DNA of 64,000 nt from Candidatus Accumulibacter propinquus (GTDB taxonomy: Bacteria; Pseudomonadota; Gammaproteobacteria; Burkholderiales; Rhodocyclaceae), in assembly GCA_016714935.1 (NCBI GenBank), contig JADKBU010000012.1, positions 11,304 to 75,303 on the forward strand, read 5' to 3'. The notes under the pieces are model-generated. The model was given only the letters and a program-made list of their open reading frames with translations. It was not told where the DNA came from and did no database searches. The position numbers and the translations under genes were made by a program. The first letter of the stretch is position 1, and each line of letters opens with the position of its first letter. Positions 1 through 8,876 of this stretch are shown piece after piece.

Positions 1-545
1 ACATACCACGGTACCGGCAGCGGGACGACCAGGCTCGCCGGTGGATCCGGCACCAGCATCGGCAGCCGGCGCCCGTCGCCGTTCTCGTGCCACCCCAGCG
101 TCGCCGAACGCGGCGCCGCCGGCGTCAGTGTCGAGAAATCATCCTTGCGGCACAAGCGGCCGGTCTCGGCCATCAGTTGCAAGGCCTCGCCGCCGTGCCG
201 TGGTCCCAGACCAAAGGCGCGCAAGCCGGTGTCGAAGGAGCGCTCGGCCCACAACAGGCGCAGGATGGCGCGATCTTCGTCGCCGACAAAGCGCGGCGGC
301 TTGTTCAGGGCGCGATCGATGTTCCACATTTCCTCGGCACTTTCCGGGTCGCGCCCCTTGTGTACCGTGACGCCGAAACCGCGCGCATCGACGGTCCACA
401 GCAGCAGGTAGAAAAGCTGCTGGCGGCTGGCTGCCGGGCGGCGGTCCTTCTTGCTGACCGCCACCGTCACCCGGCGCAGTTCTTCGGTCCAGGAAAGTAC
501 GCCGGGGTCGGCCTCGTTCGCCGGGTCGGAATCGTCAGCGGGCAT
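1..545 (-). CDS. 5' part (first ~181 codons) of a gene that runs off the left edge. Product uncertain; the N-terminus resembles the SNF2-helicase-associated N-terminal domain of bacterial SNF2/SWIM helicases.
   Basis: Absent from the ORF track because it has no stop inside the window. The reverse frame opens with ATG at 545 (MPADDSDPANEADPGVLSWTEELRRV..QQLFYLLLWTVDARGFGVTVHKGR..LGWHENGDGRRLPMLVPDPPASLVVPLPVPWYV) and stays open to base 1. The + strand ORFs 41-370 and 87-725 over the same DNA are Arg/Gly-rich shadows. Confidence 0.5.
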   Translation of the reverse strand, partial: MPADDSDPANEADPGVLSWTEELRRVTVAVSKKDRRPAASRQQLFYLLLWTVDARGFGVTVHKGRDPESAEEMWNIDRALNKPPRFVGDEDRAILRLLWAERSFDTGLRAFGLGPRHGGEALQLMAETGRLCRKDDFSTLTPAAPRSATLGWHENGDGRRLPMLVPDPPASLVVPLPVPWY

Positions 546-792
546 ATACAGCATCGGTACCTCGCCCGCAGTGAGCACCACTTCGGCGCCGCTTCAGAAA
601 TCGACGCGGCACAACGATCGGAAACGCCTCAGGAATGTGAACCCGCAACAGAACAGTCATTGGCTGCCCGCCTTGCCGGCGCCCGGAACGGGAGGCTCCG
701 GACAGATACCAGCCGTGTAAGCTAGCACATGCCGACAAGTGGCGGCAAGCAGGGAAAGGCATGCTGGCGGGGCTGGCCGGCTGATGCACCAC

Positions 793-1287
793 TCAGTCGC
801 GGAAATTGCCGTACTTGATCGGGAAATCGGTGATCGCCTTGGTCACCGCAGCGATGCAGGACTGCAACTCATCGCGTTTGGCACCGCTGACGCGCACGGC
901 GTCGCCCTGGATCGAAGCCTGCACCTTGAGTTTCGAATCCTTGATCAACTTGACGATCTGCTTCGCCAGTTCCGACTCGATGCCGATCCTGATCTTGAGT
1001 TCCTGTTTGACCTTGTTGCCGGAGACCCGCTGCACCGGCTGGTCCTCCAGGCGCTTGGTGCTTTCCTTTTCCTTCTTCTCCATCGCCGGGAAGAGCAGGT
1101 CCTTGATCTGGCCGAGCTGAAAATCGGAGTCACCGTAGAGAGTGATCAGATGGTCCTTTTCGTTCAACTCGACCTTGGCGCTGGTGCCTTTGAAATCGTA
1201 GCGATTGTCGATCGCCCGCCGGGTCACGTCTATGGCGTTGTGCAGCGCAGCCATGTCGGCTTCTGAAGAAAAATCGAATGAAGGCAT
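793..1287 (-). CDS. yajQ: YajQ family nucleotide-binding protein (UPF0234)
   Basis: Internal ATG at 1287 of ORF 793-1662 gives a 164-aa protein, MPSFDFSSEADMAALHNAIDVTRRAIDNRYDFKGTSAKVELNEKD...KYGNFRD. This is a typical full-length YajQ. The upstream 125 codons of the ORF are low-complexity junk. Confidence 0.9.
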   Translation of the reverse strand: MPSFDFSSEADMAALHNAIDVTRRAIDNRYDFKGTSAKVELNEKDHLITLYGDSDFQLGQIKDLLFPAMEKKEKESTKRLEDQPVQRVSGNKVKQELKIRIGIESELAKQIVKLIKDSKLKVQASIQGDAVRVSGAKRDELQSCIAAVTKAITDFPIKYGNFRD

Positions 1288-1409
1288 CTTGCGTCCGCTT
1301 GAGAATGTGCTAAATGAAACCGGAGCCGCCTGGCACGGCGGAAACCACCACCAGCGCGCCGGCCGTGCCAGGCCGATGGATCCCGGCGTCAGGCGCCAGG
1401 CCTGGCAGG

Positions 1410-1721
1410 CTATCCGAAGTGGCAGACATAATGATAGGCGTCGTCGCAGGCGATCTCGAACACCGAATCGGCGGGTACTGCAAACGACTGACCCGCACCA
1501 TAGGCCTTCCACTGATCCTCGCCCTTGAGCCTGACCCGACACGCGCCACCAACGCCCTCCATCACCTCCGGACTGGTGGTCGTGAAGGTCAGCGTCGATG
1601 GCAGGATCACGCCCACCGTCTTGCTGCTGCCATCCGCCAACCTGATCGTGTGACTGATACATTTGCCGTCGAAGTAGACGTTGGCCTGCTTGACGACGCT
1701 GACATTGTCAAACTGCGACAT
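1410..1721 (-). CDS. ppnP: Pyrimidine/purine nucleoside phosphorylase PpnP (DUF1255, cupin)
   Basis: 103 aa, MSQFDNVSVVKQANVYFDGKCISHTI...GVILP..YTF.T...E.M....G. This matches the YaiE/PpnP family in length and N-terminal motif. Confidence 0.85.
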   Translation of the reverse strand: MSQFDNVSVVKQANVYFDGKCISHTIRLADGSSKTVGVILPSTLTFTTTSPEVMEGVGGACRVRLKGEDQWKAYGAGQSFAVPADSVFEIACDDAYHYVCHFG

Positions 1722-1724
1722 GAT

Positions 1725-1934
1725 TCACAATCCCCAGAGTTTTTCCATGATGGTCTTGGCGATGAAGCCGACCATGCCGAAGGACAGTACGAAGAACAAT
1801 ATGATGGTGCCGGTCTTCCCGGCCTTCGCTTTCCAGGCAATCTCGCCGATGATGAAGAGCATGAAGAGCATGAACGCGCCGACCCCGAAGGTCATGCCAA
1901 AATCCGAAATCTGCTCTTCCGTCAGTCCGAACAT
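1725..1934 (-). CDS. DUF2788 small membrane protein
   Basis: 69 aa with two hydrophobic helices and a central KAKAGKTGT motif (..FIIGEIAWKAKAGKTGTIILFFVLSFGMVGFIAK..), characteristic of DUF2788. It is tightly packed between argG and ppnP. Confidence 0.75.
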   Translation of the reverse strand: MFGLTEEQISDFGMTFGVGAFMLFMLFIIGEIAWKAKAGKTGTIILFFVLSFGMVGFIAKTIMEKLWGL

Positions 1935-1952
1935 CGACGGCGCGCTCCCCGA

Positions 1953-3182
1953 TCAGCTCTTGCGGCTCGCCAGATTGGCCGCAATGCGCATGCGCAGCGC
2001 ATTGAGTTTGATAAAGCCGGCGGCGTCCTTCTGGTCGTACGCCCCGGCATCGTCCTCGAAGGTGGCGATCGTCGAGTCGAACAGCGAATCGGTTTTCGAA
2101 TCACGGCCCACCACCTTGACGTTACCCTTGTAAAGCTTGACCCGTACCCAGCCATTCACCGCCTGCTGCGTATGATCGATCAGGGTCTGCAGGGCGCGTC
2201 GCTCCGGGCTCCACCAGTATCCGTTGTAGATCAGGCTGGCATAGCGCGGCATCAGGTCGTCCTTGAGATGCGCCACTTCGCGGTCAAGGGTGATCGACTC
2301 GATCGCCCGGTGTGCCGGAAGGAGGATCGTCCCGCCGGGAGTCTCGTAGCAGCCGCGCGACTTCATGCCCACGTAACGGTTCTCGACCAGATCGATGCGC
2401 CCGATGCCGTGCTTGCCGCCGAGGCGGTTGAGCAGCGCCAGCAGTTCGTGCGCCGGCATGTGCAGACCATTGATCGACACCAGGTCGCCGTGCGCGAATT
2501 CGAGGTCAACGTACTCGGGGGCATCCGGCGCCATTTCCGGCGATACCGTCCAGCGCCACATCGACTCCTCGGCCTCGGCCGCCGGGTCCTCGAGGTGACG
2601 GCCCTCGTAGCTGATGTGGAGCAGGTTGGCGTCCATCGAATACGGCGACCCCCCCTGCCGATGCTTCATCTCGACCGGGATGGCGTGCAGCTCGGCATAG
2701 GCCAGCAGCTTCTCGCGCGACAGCAGATCCCACTCCCGCCACGGGGCGATGATCCGGATGTCGGGCCTGAGCGCGTAGGCGCCGAGTTCGAAACGAACCT
2801 GATCGTTGCCCTTGCCGGTGGCACCGTGCGCCACCGCATCGGCGCCGGTCAGGTTGGCGATCTCGATCATCCGCTTGGCGATCAGCGGCCGGGCGATCGA
2901 GGTCCCGAGCAGATACTCGCCCTCATACACCGTATTCGCCCGGAACATCGGGAAGACGAAGTCGCGCACGAACTCCTCGCGCAGGTCGTCGATGTAGATG
3001 TTTTCCGGCGCGATACCGAACTGCAGGGCCTTGGGGCGCGCCGCGTCGAGTTCATCACCCTGGCCGAGGTCGGCGGTGAAGGTCACGACTTCGCACTGGT
3101 AGGTATCCTGCAACCATTTCAGGATCACGGAAGTATCGAGGCCGCCCGAATAGGCAAGGACCGCTTTCTTGATGTCGCTCAT
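1953..3182 (-). CDS. argG: Argininosuccinate synthase
   Basis: Start at internal ATG 3182 ([24 protein letters not shown]...), giving 409 aa. It has the [12 protein letters not shown]-PPase motif. The stop of argF overlaps this start (ATGA). Confidence 0.97.
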   Translation of the reverse strand: MSDIKKAVLAYSGGLDTSVILKWLQDTYQCEVVTFTADLGQGDELDAARPKALQFGIAPENIYIDDLREEFVRDFVFPMFRANTVYEGEYLLGTSIARPLIAKRMIEIANLTGADAVAHGATGKGNDQVRFELGAYALRPDIRIIAPWREWDLLSREKLLAYAELHAIPVEMKHRQGGSPYSMDANLLHISYEGRHLEDPAAEAEESMWRWTVSPEMAPDAPEYVDLEFAHGDLVSINGLHMPAHELLALLNRLGGKHGIGRIDLVENRYVGMKSRGCYETPGGTILLPAHRAIESITLDREVAHLKDDLMPRYASLIYNGYWWSPERRALQTLIDHTQQAVNGWVRVKLYKGNVKVVGRDSKTDSLFDSTIATFEDDAGAYDQKDAAGFIKLNALRMRIAANLASRKS

Positions 3183-4153
3183 GGTAATTCCCGGCTTGGA
3201 GTGGACGCGGAAGGAGAGGGTGCAGCGGCGGAGTCGACGCGCCCGAGAAGTAGAAATTCGAGTAGCGCCTTCTGGGTATGCATGCGGTTCTCTGCTTCGT
3301 CCCAGACGACGCTCTGCGGACCATCGATGACCTCGGCAGCGACTTCCTCGCCGCGATGGACCGGCAGGCAATGCATGAACAGCGCCTCGGGACGGGCGAC
3401 GCGCATCATTTCCGGGCTCACCTGCCAGGCTGCGAAATCGCGCCTGCGCTGGTCGTTCTCGGCTTCGAAACCCATCGAGGTCCACACGTCGGTCGTCACC
3501 AGATCGGCCCGGTGCGCCGCGTCCATCGGATCGGCGAACTGTTCCAGATGCGCGGTGCCGCGCAGGCCGGCCCGTTCAGGCGCCACCTCGTAGCCCGGCG
3601 GGGTCGACACGTGCATCTTGAAGTCGAGTATTTCCGCCGCCTGCAGCCAGGTATTGCAGACATTGTTCGAGTCGCCGATCCAGGCCACCGTCTTGCCCTG
3701 GATCGGACCCCGGTGCTCGATGAAGGTGAACACATCAGCCAGAATCTGACAGGGATGGTGCTCGTTGGTCAAACCATTGATTACCGGCACGCGCGAGCAG
3801 GCCGCGAAACGCTCGATCCGATCATGCCCAAAAGTGCGGATCATCACCGCGTCGCTCATGCGCGAGATCACCTGTGCCGTATCCTCGATCGGCTCACCGC
3901 GCTTGATCTGCGAATCGTCGCTGTTGAGATAGATCGCCAGGCCACCCAGCTGCTGCATGCCTGCTTCGAACGAGAGGCGGGTGCGCGTACTGGCCTTCTC
4001 GAAGATCATCACCAGCGTACGATCGATCAGCGGCCAGTATTTGCGGTAAGCCTTGAATTCCGACTTGATCCAGAGCGCACGCTGGAACAGGTGGTCGAAT
4101 TCCTCGCGGCTGAAATCCTTGAACTGCAGGAAGTGTCTTGGGCTGATGTCCAT
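3179..4153 (-). CDS. argF: Ornithine carbamoyltransferase
   Basis: Start ATG at 4153 ([19 protein letters not shown]...), 324 aa. STRTR, HPCQ and HCLP motifs are present. It sits between argD and argG. Confidence 0.95.
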   Translation of the reverse strand: MDISPRHFLQFKDFSREEFDHLFQRALWIKSEFKAYRKYWPLIDRTLVMIFEKASTRTRLSFEAGMQQLGGLAIYLNSDDSQIKRGEPIEDTAQVISRMSDAVMIRTFGHDRIERFAACSRVPVINGLTNEHHPCQILADVFTFIEHRGPIQGKTVAWIGDSNNVCNTWLQAAEILDFKMHVSTPPGYEVAPERAGLRGTAHLEQFADPMDAAHRADLVTTDVWTSMGFEAENDQRRRDFAAWQVSPEMMRVARPEALFMHCLPVHRGEEVAAEVIDGPQSVVWDEAENRMHTQKALLEFLLLGRVDSAAAPSPSASTPSRELP

Positions 4154-4164
4154 GGCCGTTCTCT

Positions 4165-5340
4165 TTAGGGGACTGCGAGAAAATCGCGGAGCAGTCGCGC
4201 CAGTCGCGACACCAGCTCCTGCGCTTCGTCGGCGCCGAGGGTCAGCGCCGGCAGCAGGCGCACGACCTTCTCGGCCGTGACATTGATCAGCAGCCCAGCG
4301 GTGAGGCCGCGCGTCACCAGTTCGCCGCACTCGCGATCGAGCTCGATGCCAATCATCAGTCCCTGACCGCGAATTTCGACAATACCCGCGCAACCTGCCA
4401 GCGCCTGCGCCAGCCCTTCGCGGATCGACGCCCCGACGATCAGCGCATGCTCGATCAGGCGATCGTTTTCGATCACCTCGATGGTCGTCAAGGCGGCGGT
4501 TGTCGCCAGTGGATTGCCGCCGAATGTCGAGCCGTGATTGCCGGGCTTGAACAGCCCTTTCGCCTGGCCGGCGGCGAGGCAGGCACCGATCGGCACGCCA
4601 CCACCGAGTCCCTTGGCCAGCGTCACCACGTCCGGGCGGATACCCGCGTGCTGGAATGCAAACCAGGTCCCGGTGCGACCCATGCCGCACTGCACTTCAT
4701 CGCAGATCAGCAGCCAGCCACGGTCGTCGCACAGCGCACGCAGACCGCGCTGAAAATCGATGTCCGCGATATTGATGCCACCCTCGCCCTGCACGATTTC
4801 GAGCATCACTGCGACGACGTTCTTGTTGTACCTGGCCAGCGTTCTGATGGCTTCGAGATTGTTGTAGGGAACGCGCACGAAGCCCGACACCAGCGGCTCG
4901 AAACCGGCCTGCGCCTTGCGATTGCCGGTGGCCGACAGGGTCGCCATGGTGCGGCCGTGAAACGCCTTCTCCATGACGATGGTTGCCGGGCTATCGACCC
5001 CCTGCTGGTGGCCGTAGAGACGCGCCAGCTTGATCGCCGCTTCGTTGGCCTCGCAACCCGAGTTGCAGAAGAAGACCTCGTCCATGCCCGACAGCGCCGC
5101 CAGCTTGTCGGCGAGTTGCTCCTGTTCGGGGATGCGGTAGAGATTGGAGGCGTGCAGGATACGCCCGGCCTGGGCGCTGATCGCCGCAACCAGCGTCGGG
5201 TGGTTATGCCCCAGGGTGTTCACGGCAATTCCCGACAGGGCGTCGAGATAGACCTTGCCATCGGTATCGGTCAGCCAGCTCCCGTCGCCATGGCTGAAGG
5301 CGACCGGCAAGCGGCCGTAGGTATTCATCAGGTGAGACAT
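4165..5340 (-). CDS. argD: Acetylornithine (succinylornithine) aminotransferase, class III PLP enzyme
   Basis: 391 aa, MSHLMNTYGRLPVAFSHGDGSWLTDTDGKVYLDALSGIAVNTLGH...FFCNSGCEANEAAIKLAR...TLAKGLGGGVPIGA. Full-length ArgD-like; heads an argD-argF-argG run. Confidence 0.93.
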   Translation of the reverse strand: MSHLMNTYGRLPVAFSHGDGSWLTDTDGKVYLDALSGIAVNTLGHNHPTLVAAISAQAGRILHASNLYRIPEQEQLADKLAALSGMDEVFFCNSGCEANEAAIKLARLYGHQQGVDSPATIVMEKAFHGRTMATLSATGNRKAQAGFEPLVSGFVRVPYNNLEAIRTLARYNKNVVAVMLEIVQGEGGINIADIDFQRGLRALCDDRGWLLICDEVQCGMGRTGTWFAFQHAGIRPDVVTLAKGLGGGVPIGACLAAGQAKGLFKPGNHGSTFGGNPLATTAALTTIEVIENDRLIEHALIVGASIREGLAQALAGCAGIVEIRGQGLMIGIELDRECGELVTRGLTAGLLINVTAEKVVRLLPALTLGADEAQELVSRLARLLRDFLAVP

Positions 5341-5360
5341 GGACCACCCATTGCGGAGGC

Positions 5361-5391
5361 TTTGAAACTGAAACGGCGGCTTGCGCCGCCG
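5361..5391 (-). terminator. Intrinsic-terminator-like hairpin, read on the minus strand
   Basis: Minus strand reads CGGCGGC-GCAA-GCCGCCG, a 7-bp all-GC stem with a GNRA loop, followed by TTTCAGTTTCAAA. It lies ~140 nt after the stop of the Zn-ribbon gene and only ~20 nt (5341-5360) before the argD ATG. Confidence 0.45.
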
Positions 5392-5474
5392 GATAACGTT
5401 TTACGCACCTGGACCCCTGGCCGGTACGTTCCGGCGGACTTCTCGAAACCTCGCACGCCGGATCACAAGGCGAG

Positions 5475-5495
5475 GATTCTACGGGAAATAGAATC
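5475..5495. promoter_or_regulatory. Inverted repeat GATTCTA-N7-TAGAATC upstream of argD (candidate operator)
   Basis: Perfect 7-bp arms in an AT-enriched patch of the 5341-5533 intergenic region, ~135-155 nt upstream of the argD start. Confidence 0.3.
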
Positions 5496-5533
5496 TGCTG
5501 TACAGGACAGGCACCGGGATATCGGTACGTCGA

Positions 5534-6280
5534 TCAGCGCTTCAGCAGATTCCAGACCCCCTCGATGCCACCCAGCACGAGGTCCGAGAGATCGGCTTCG
5601 AGCAGGCTTTTGCGCTCCTGGCGGGTCACCTGTGATTTGGCGCGTTCGTTGGCCAGGAGCGCGTCGGCGACGGCATGCGGGTCTACGTGCTCCTGCCGGT
5701 ACGCCTTCTTGCCGAAGTCATCGAGAGCACTGCGCACGGCGTCGGGGTCGAGGATGACGATCGGCGAGCGGCAATGCGTGCAGACGTGCTGGCGGCGGAT
5801 GTCGACCGGCGCGCCGCAGCCCGAGCAGCGGATGCTCTGCACCTTGCGGGCCAGATCGTCGATTTCGGCGCCGTTGAGCTGGCGGACGAAGCCCTTTTCG
5901 ATCATGAACGCGGCAAAGCCGCTGAAACGCCCGTGTCTTTGCGGGCAGCGACTGTAGGCAAAGCGGCCGGCGCGCGTGCTGTCGAAGCAGTTCAGCAGCG
6001 GGTCGCGGCAGCGTGGGCAGCGGAGGACGCCGGGCCATGGCTGGCGCAGGTCGGCATGATGCTCGTGCAGCAGGCGGAACAGCGCCAGGACCCCGGCCGG
6101 CGCCAGCTGGGCGCTCTCGTATTCGTCGAACCAGATGCCCTGGCAGGCAAAACAAAGGTCCAGCGAAACTTCGCCGTTCAACTGGCGCTGGAAATGGTGG
6201 ATCGCCATGGGCGCCTGGCAGCTCGGGCATGCACCACCGCGCGTAGTACGGGCTGGAATCGGCTGGGGAATGTTCGGCAT
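5534..6280 (-). CDS. Zinc-ribbon protein with three CxxC-pair modules (TFIIB-type zf / Zn-finger nucleic-acid-binding-like)
   Basis: 248 aa. The modules are CPSCQ..CFACQGIWFDEYE (classic zf-TFIIB bacterial pattern), then CPRCR..CPQRHG, then CSGCG..CTHCRS. The C-terminal tail is charged. Confidence 0.7.
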   Translation of the reverse strand: MPNIPQPIPARTTRGGACPSCQAPMAIHHFQRQLNGEVSLDLCFACQGIWFDEYESAQLAPAGVLALFRLLHEHHADLRQPWPGVLRCPRCRDPLLNCFDSTRAGRFAYSRCPQRHGRFSGFAAFMIEKGFVRQLNGAEIDDLARKVQSIRCSGCGAPVDIRRQHVCTHCRSPIVILDPDAVRSALDDFGKKAYRQEHVDPHAVADALLANERAKSQVTRQERKSLLEADLSDLVLGGIEGVWNLLKR

Positions 6281-6401
6281 GCGGGAAGTCGGTGGCGGTG
6301 AGGATCAGTTCTGCAGGCGGGTTGTCGGTGTGCGGCCCGCAAATAGTGGCGGCACATCCGCGAGTATAACGGCCTCGCCGTCGTCAGACGAGCCCGGCCG
6401 C

Positions 6402-7802
6402 TCAGGCGTCGAAACGGCGTACCCAGAACAGTTCATGGCGGCGAACGGCTTTGCGAAAGAATTCGTTGTCCCCGCTGGCGGGCCAGCGCCGACCGGCCAG
6501 AAGCTGCTGGATGATGCGCCGCAGGCGCTTCTTGAACGGCAGGCGAGCCTGCAGGTCGTGCTGCATGGCCAGCGCCATGGCCTTGTCGAGTTGCGCTGCG
6601 GTGCTCAGCAGCGGGCTCCACAGGGCATCGGCCGACAGCGACGCAAACGCCGGCGGCAAGGCGATGCCGCAGCCGGCCGGACCCATCGGCCAGCGGTCGT
6701 TGTCGTGCAGATGATTGGCGTACAGCAGGGCAATTTCCGGCTGCCAGCGCGACTGCGGCAAGGCCTGGTGAAGCGCCTGCGTCGCCGCGACATGGTCGGC
6801 GTGCGGGTCAAGCTGCGGGTGCGGGGTAACGACGACTTCGGGGCGAAAGTGTTCGAGCAGGGCCACCAGGTCGGCCAGCAGGTTGCGTCCGCTCGGCAGA
6901 CCGTCGGCGTCGCCAGGCAGGGGCAGCGGATTGTGGCGGCGCACGCTGCGAATATCGGCCTCGCCCGACTCGCGTGAAGCAAAGATCTGGTCGGGTTCGC
7001 CGAGCATCGCCGGTAACTGCAGGCAGTAATAACCGAGTTGCACGCAGCGGCTCTGCGGCACGCCACCCCAGAGCGGCACCGCCAGGCTGTCCCAACTGCG
7101 CAGACGCCCCTTCAACCGCGCCGCCTGCGCGGGCGACAGACCCAGGCGCTGGTAGTCACGGGCCTCGATTTCGCCCTGCGTCAGGGTCACGATACAGACC
7201 GCGGCGGCCCGGCTGTAGAGGCCGAAAGCGGCGATCTCGGCGTCGTCGGCATGCGGGGCGATGACCATCACGCGCCGTTGCGCGTAATCCGGATGCGGCA
7301 TGGCGTACAAGGTGGCGGTCGCCGGCAGGCGGCAGAAGCGGCCGCGCATACGCAGCTCGCCCCGGCCGAGCGCCCCGGCCTGCCCCGACAGGTTCAGGAA
7401 ACGCCGACCACGCACCGCGCGCTCGAAATCCTGCCGATCGTCAGCGAACAGGACCTGTGGGTCAAGCCAGCGACCGAGCCAGGTGCTGCGCAGATCCAGT
7501 TCGAGAATCAGCGTCTCTGCTGCTGGCAGCGGCGCGCTCAACCGCAGCCGCCCGTCGTCAAGCGCGACCTCCTGTCGCGCCGCGTCGGCCGGGAAGCGGT
7601 ACTGGTAGTCGTCTTGTGGCGAATAGAAGAGGTGGTCGGCAAACCACGCCTCATGTGCGACCCAGCCGAACAGCAGCAGCAGCGCCGGCAGTCCCCAGCC
7701 GACGCCGAAGCCGAGGACGGCGAGCGCCAGCGCCGACAAGGCCAGGAGGAGACGTTTCCGGCGGCGGTGGCGCGACAACAATTGCTGTTTGCGTGAACTC
7801 AT
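6402..7802 (-). CDS. PIG-L/LmbE family de-N-acetylase with N-terminal membrane anchor and an extra N-terminal domain
   Basis: Start at internal ATG 7802 (MSSRKQQLLSRHRRRKRLLLALSALALAVLGFGVGWGLPALLLLFGW...), 466 aa. PIG-L motifs VMVIAPHADDAEIAAFG and PHPQLDPHADHVAATQA are present. Confidence 0.8.
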   Translation of the reverse strand: MSSRKQQLLSRHRRRKRLLLALSALALAVLGFGVGWGLPALLLLFGWVAHEAWFADHLFYSPQDDYQYRFPADAARQEVALDDGRLRLSAPLPAAETLILELDLRSTWLGRWLDPQVLFADDRQDFERAVRGRRFLNLSGQAGALGRGELRMRGRFCRLPATATLYAMPHPDYAQRRVMVIAPHADDAEIAAFGLYSRAAAVCIVTLTQGEIEARDYQRLGLSPAQAARLKGRLRSWDSLAVPLWGGVPQSRCVQLGYYCLQLPAMLGEPDQIFASRESGEADIRSVRRHNPLPLPGDADGLPSGRNLLADLVALLEHFRPEVVVTPHPQLDPHADHVAATQALHQALPQSRWQPEIALLYANHLHDNDRWPMGPAGCGIALPPAFASLSADALWSPLLSTAAQLDKAMALAMQHDLQARLPFKKRLRRIIQQLLAGRRWPASGDNEFFRKAVRRHELFWVRRFDA

Positions 7803-7851
7803 CGATGAACCCGAACGACGGGCACAGCCGGCGCCTTGCCGGGCGTGCTTG

Positions 7852-8750
7852 CTAGATTTGATAGGCCGGCACGCGATGGCACCAGCGGTCCTTGTATTCG
7901 CGGTCGGCTCGACCGAACGAATAGCGCAGCGGTTTGCCGCGCGTGCGCGCATCTTCCCAGGCGGCTTGCGTGTTGACGAAACTGAGTACGCTGCCGGGGC
8001 TGAGCGCGCTGCTTTGCGGGTCGACGCCGCCGTTGATGTATTCCAGAGAAATCCATCCGGGCGCCTCGACGCGGTAGAGAATCTGGATGGCGATCGGCTG
8101 TTCATGACGCAACAGCACCGAGCCGGTCATGAACTCGCGCAGCAGGGCGAAAACCTCGCTCAGGTGTGCCTTGCCGCGTGCCGCAAAGCCCCAGCGGCGT
8201 TCGAACAGATCGGCGTAGATGCGCGCCTGCGCTCGGGCGCGGAAAAGTCGAGCATCGGCCGTAGGCTCCCGCCCGCCTCTTCGAGGAGACGCAACTCGCG
8301 CCGCTGGTTGTAGCGGAACTTCTTCGAGTACTCCTCGGGCGCGCGCGCCAGCGCCAGGCCTTGTGGCTGCGGCGTCGGGCGACTGACGCGCCCGGCATTC
8401 AGCTCGGAGAGGTAATGCATGCGCCAGCGTAACGTGACGCTGGCCTGCTCGGCGATCGGCAGGATGACTTCGGCGTTGCCCAGATCGAACAGACCGCGCT
8501 GGCCGCGCTGCTTCAGGACCTCCTTGGACAGCGCCAGATGCCGTCCCCAACAGGGAATTGCCGCCAGCAACTGGCCGTCGGCAAAGCAGCCCAGGTAACG
8601 CACCGGAATGCGCGCCAGCGCAGCCAGCCGCTCGACGACGACCGGGTGCGTCGCGACGCTGCCACCGAAGCGCTGCCAGGCCTGAGCATAGGCCGCGGCG
8701 TCGATGACTGTCCAGCCGCGCTCGCGCCAGGCACGCAGCCGGCTCAACAT
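7852..8750 (-). pseudogene. Mig-14 family (antimicrobial-peptide-resistance-associated, GNAT/FemAB-like) gene interrupted by a 1-nt frameshift; either a pseudogene or an assembly indel
   Basis: The N-terminal part is in ORF 8160-8867, starting at ATG 8750 (MLSRLRAWRERGWTVIDAAAYAQAWQRFGGSVATHPVVVERL...LRPMLDFS). The C-terminal part is in ORF 7852-8550 (..RAQARIYADLFERRWGF...ILYRVEAPGWISLEYINGGVDP...LRYSFGRADREYKDRWCHRVPAYQI). The frames switch near 8225-8250. The 899-nt span is not a multiple of 3. Confidence 0.65.
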
Positions 8751-8876
8751 GGTGTGCCCAACCGCCGGCTCCGGCGGGCGGCCGCCGTGTTCATCCTGCT
8801 GTCGCGTGCTTTCTGCTCGTCCTGCCCCATGCGTCGATCGATCCTCGGCGATTCCGGAAAACAGCAATGGACTGTT

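Noticed and set aside
87-725. A + strand ORF of 212 aa (and 41-370, 145-411) at the left edge.
   Set aside because: The reverse strand carries an uninterrupted frame from ATG 545 to base 1 with a more protein-like sequence. The + strand products are Arg-rich junk (MPPQRRRTRRRRRQ...).
1314-3593. Very long ORFs antisense to well-supported genes: 1314-3593 (+), 33427-34827 (+), 35383-37152 (-), 37229-38740 (-), 39690-41114 (-), 47307-49223 (+), 56342-58213 (+), 59101-59766 (-), 60349-61320 (-).
   Set aside because: All lie opposite genes with clear family signatures. Their translations are Arg/Gly/Pro/Ala/His-rich low-complexity strings without recognisable motifs. Such shadow ORFs are expected in ~65% GC DNA because stop codons are rare on the antisense strand.
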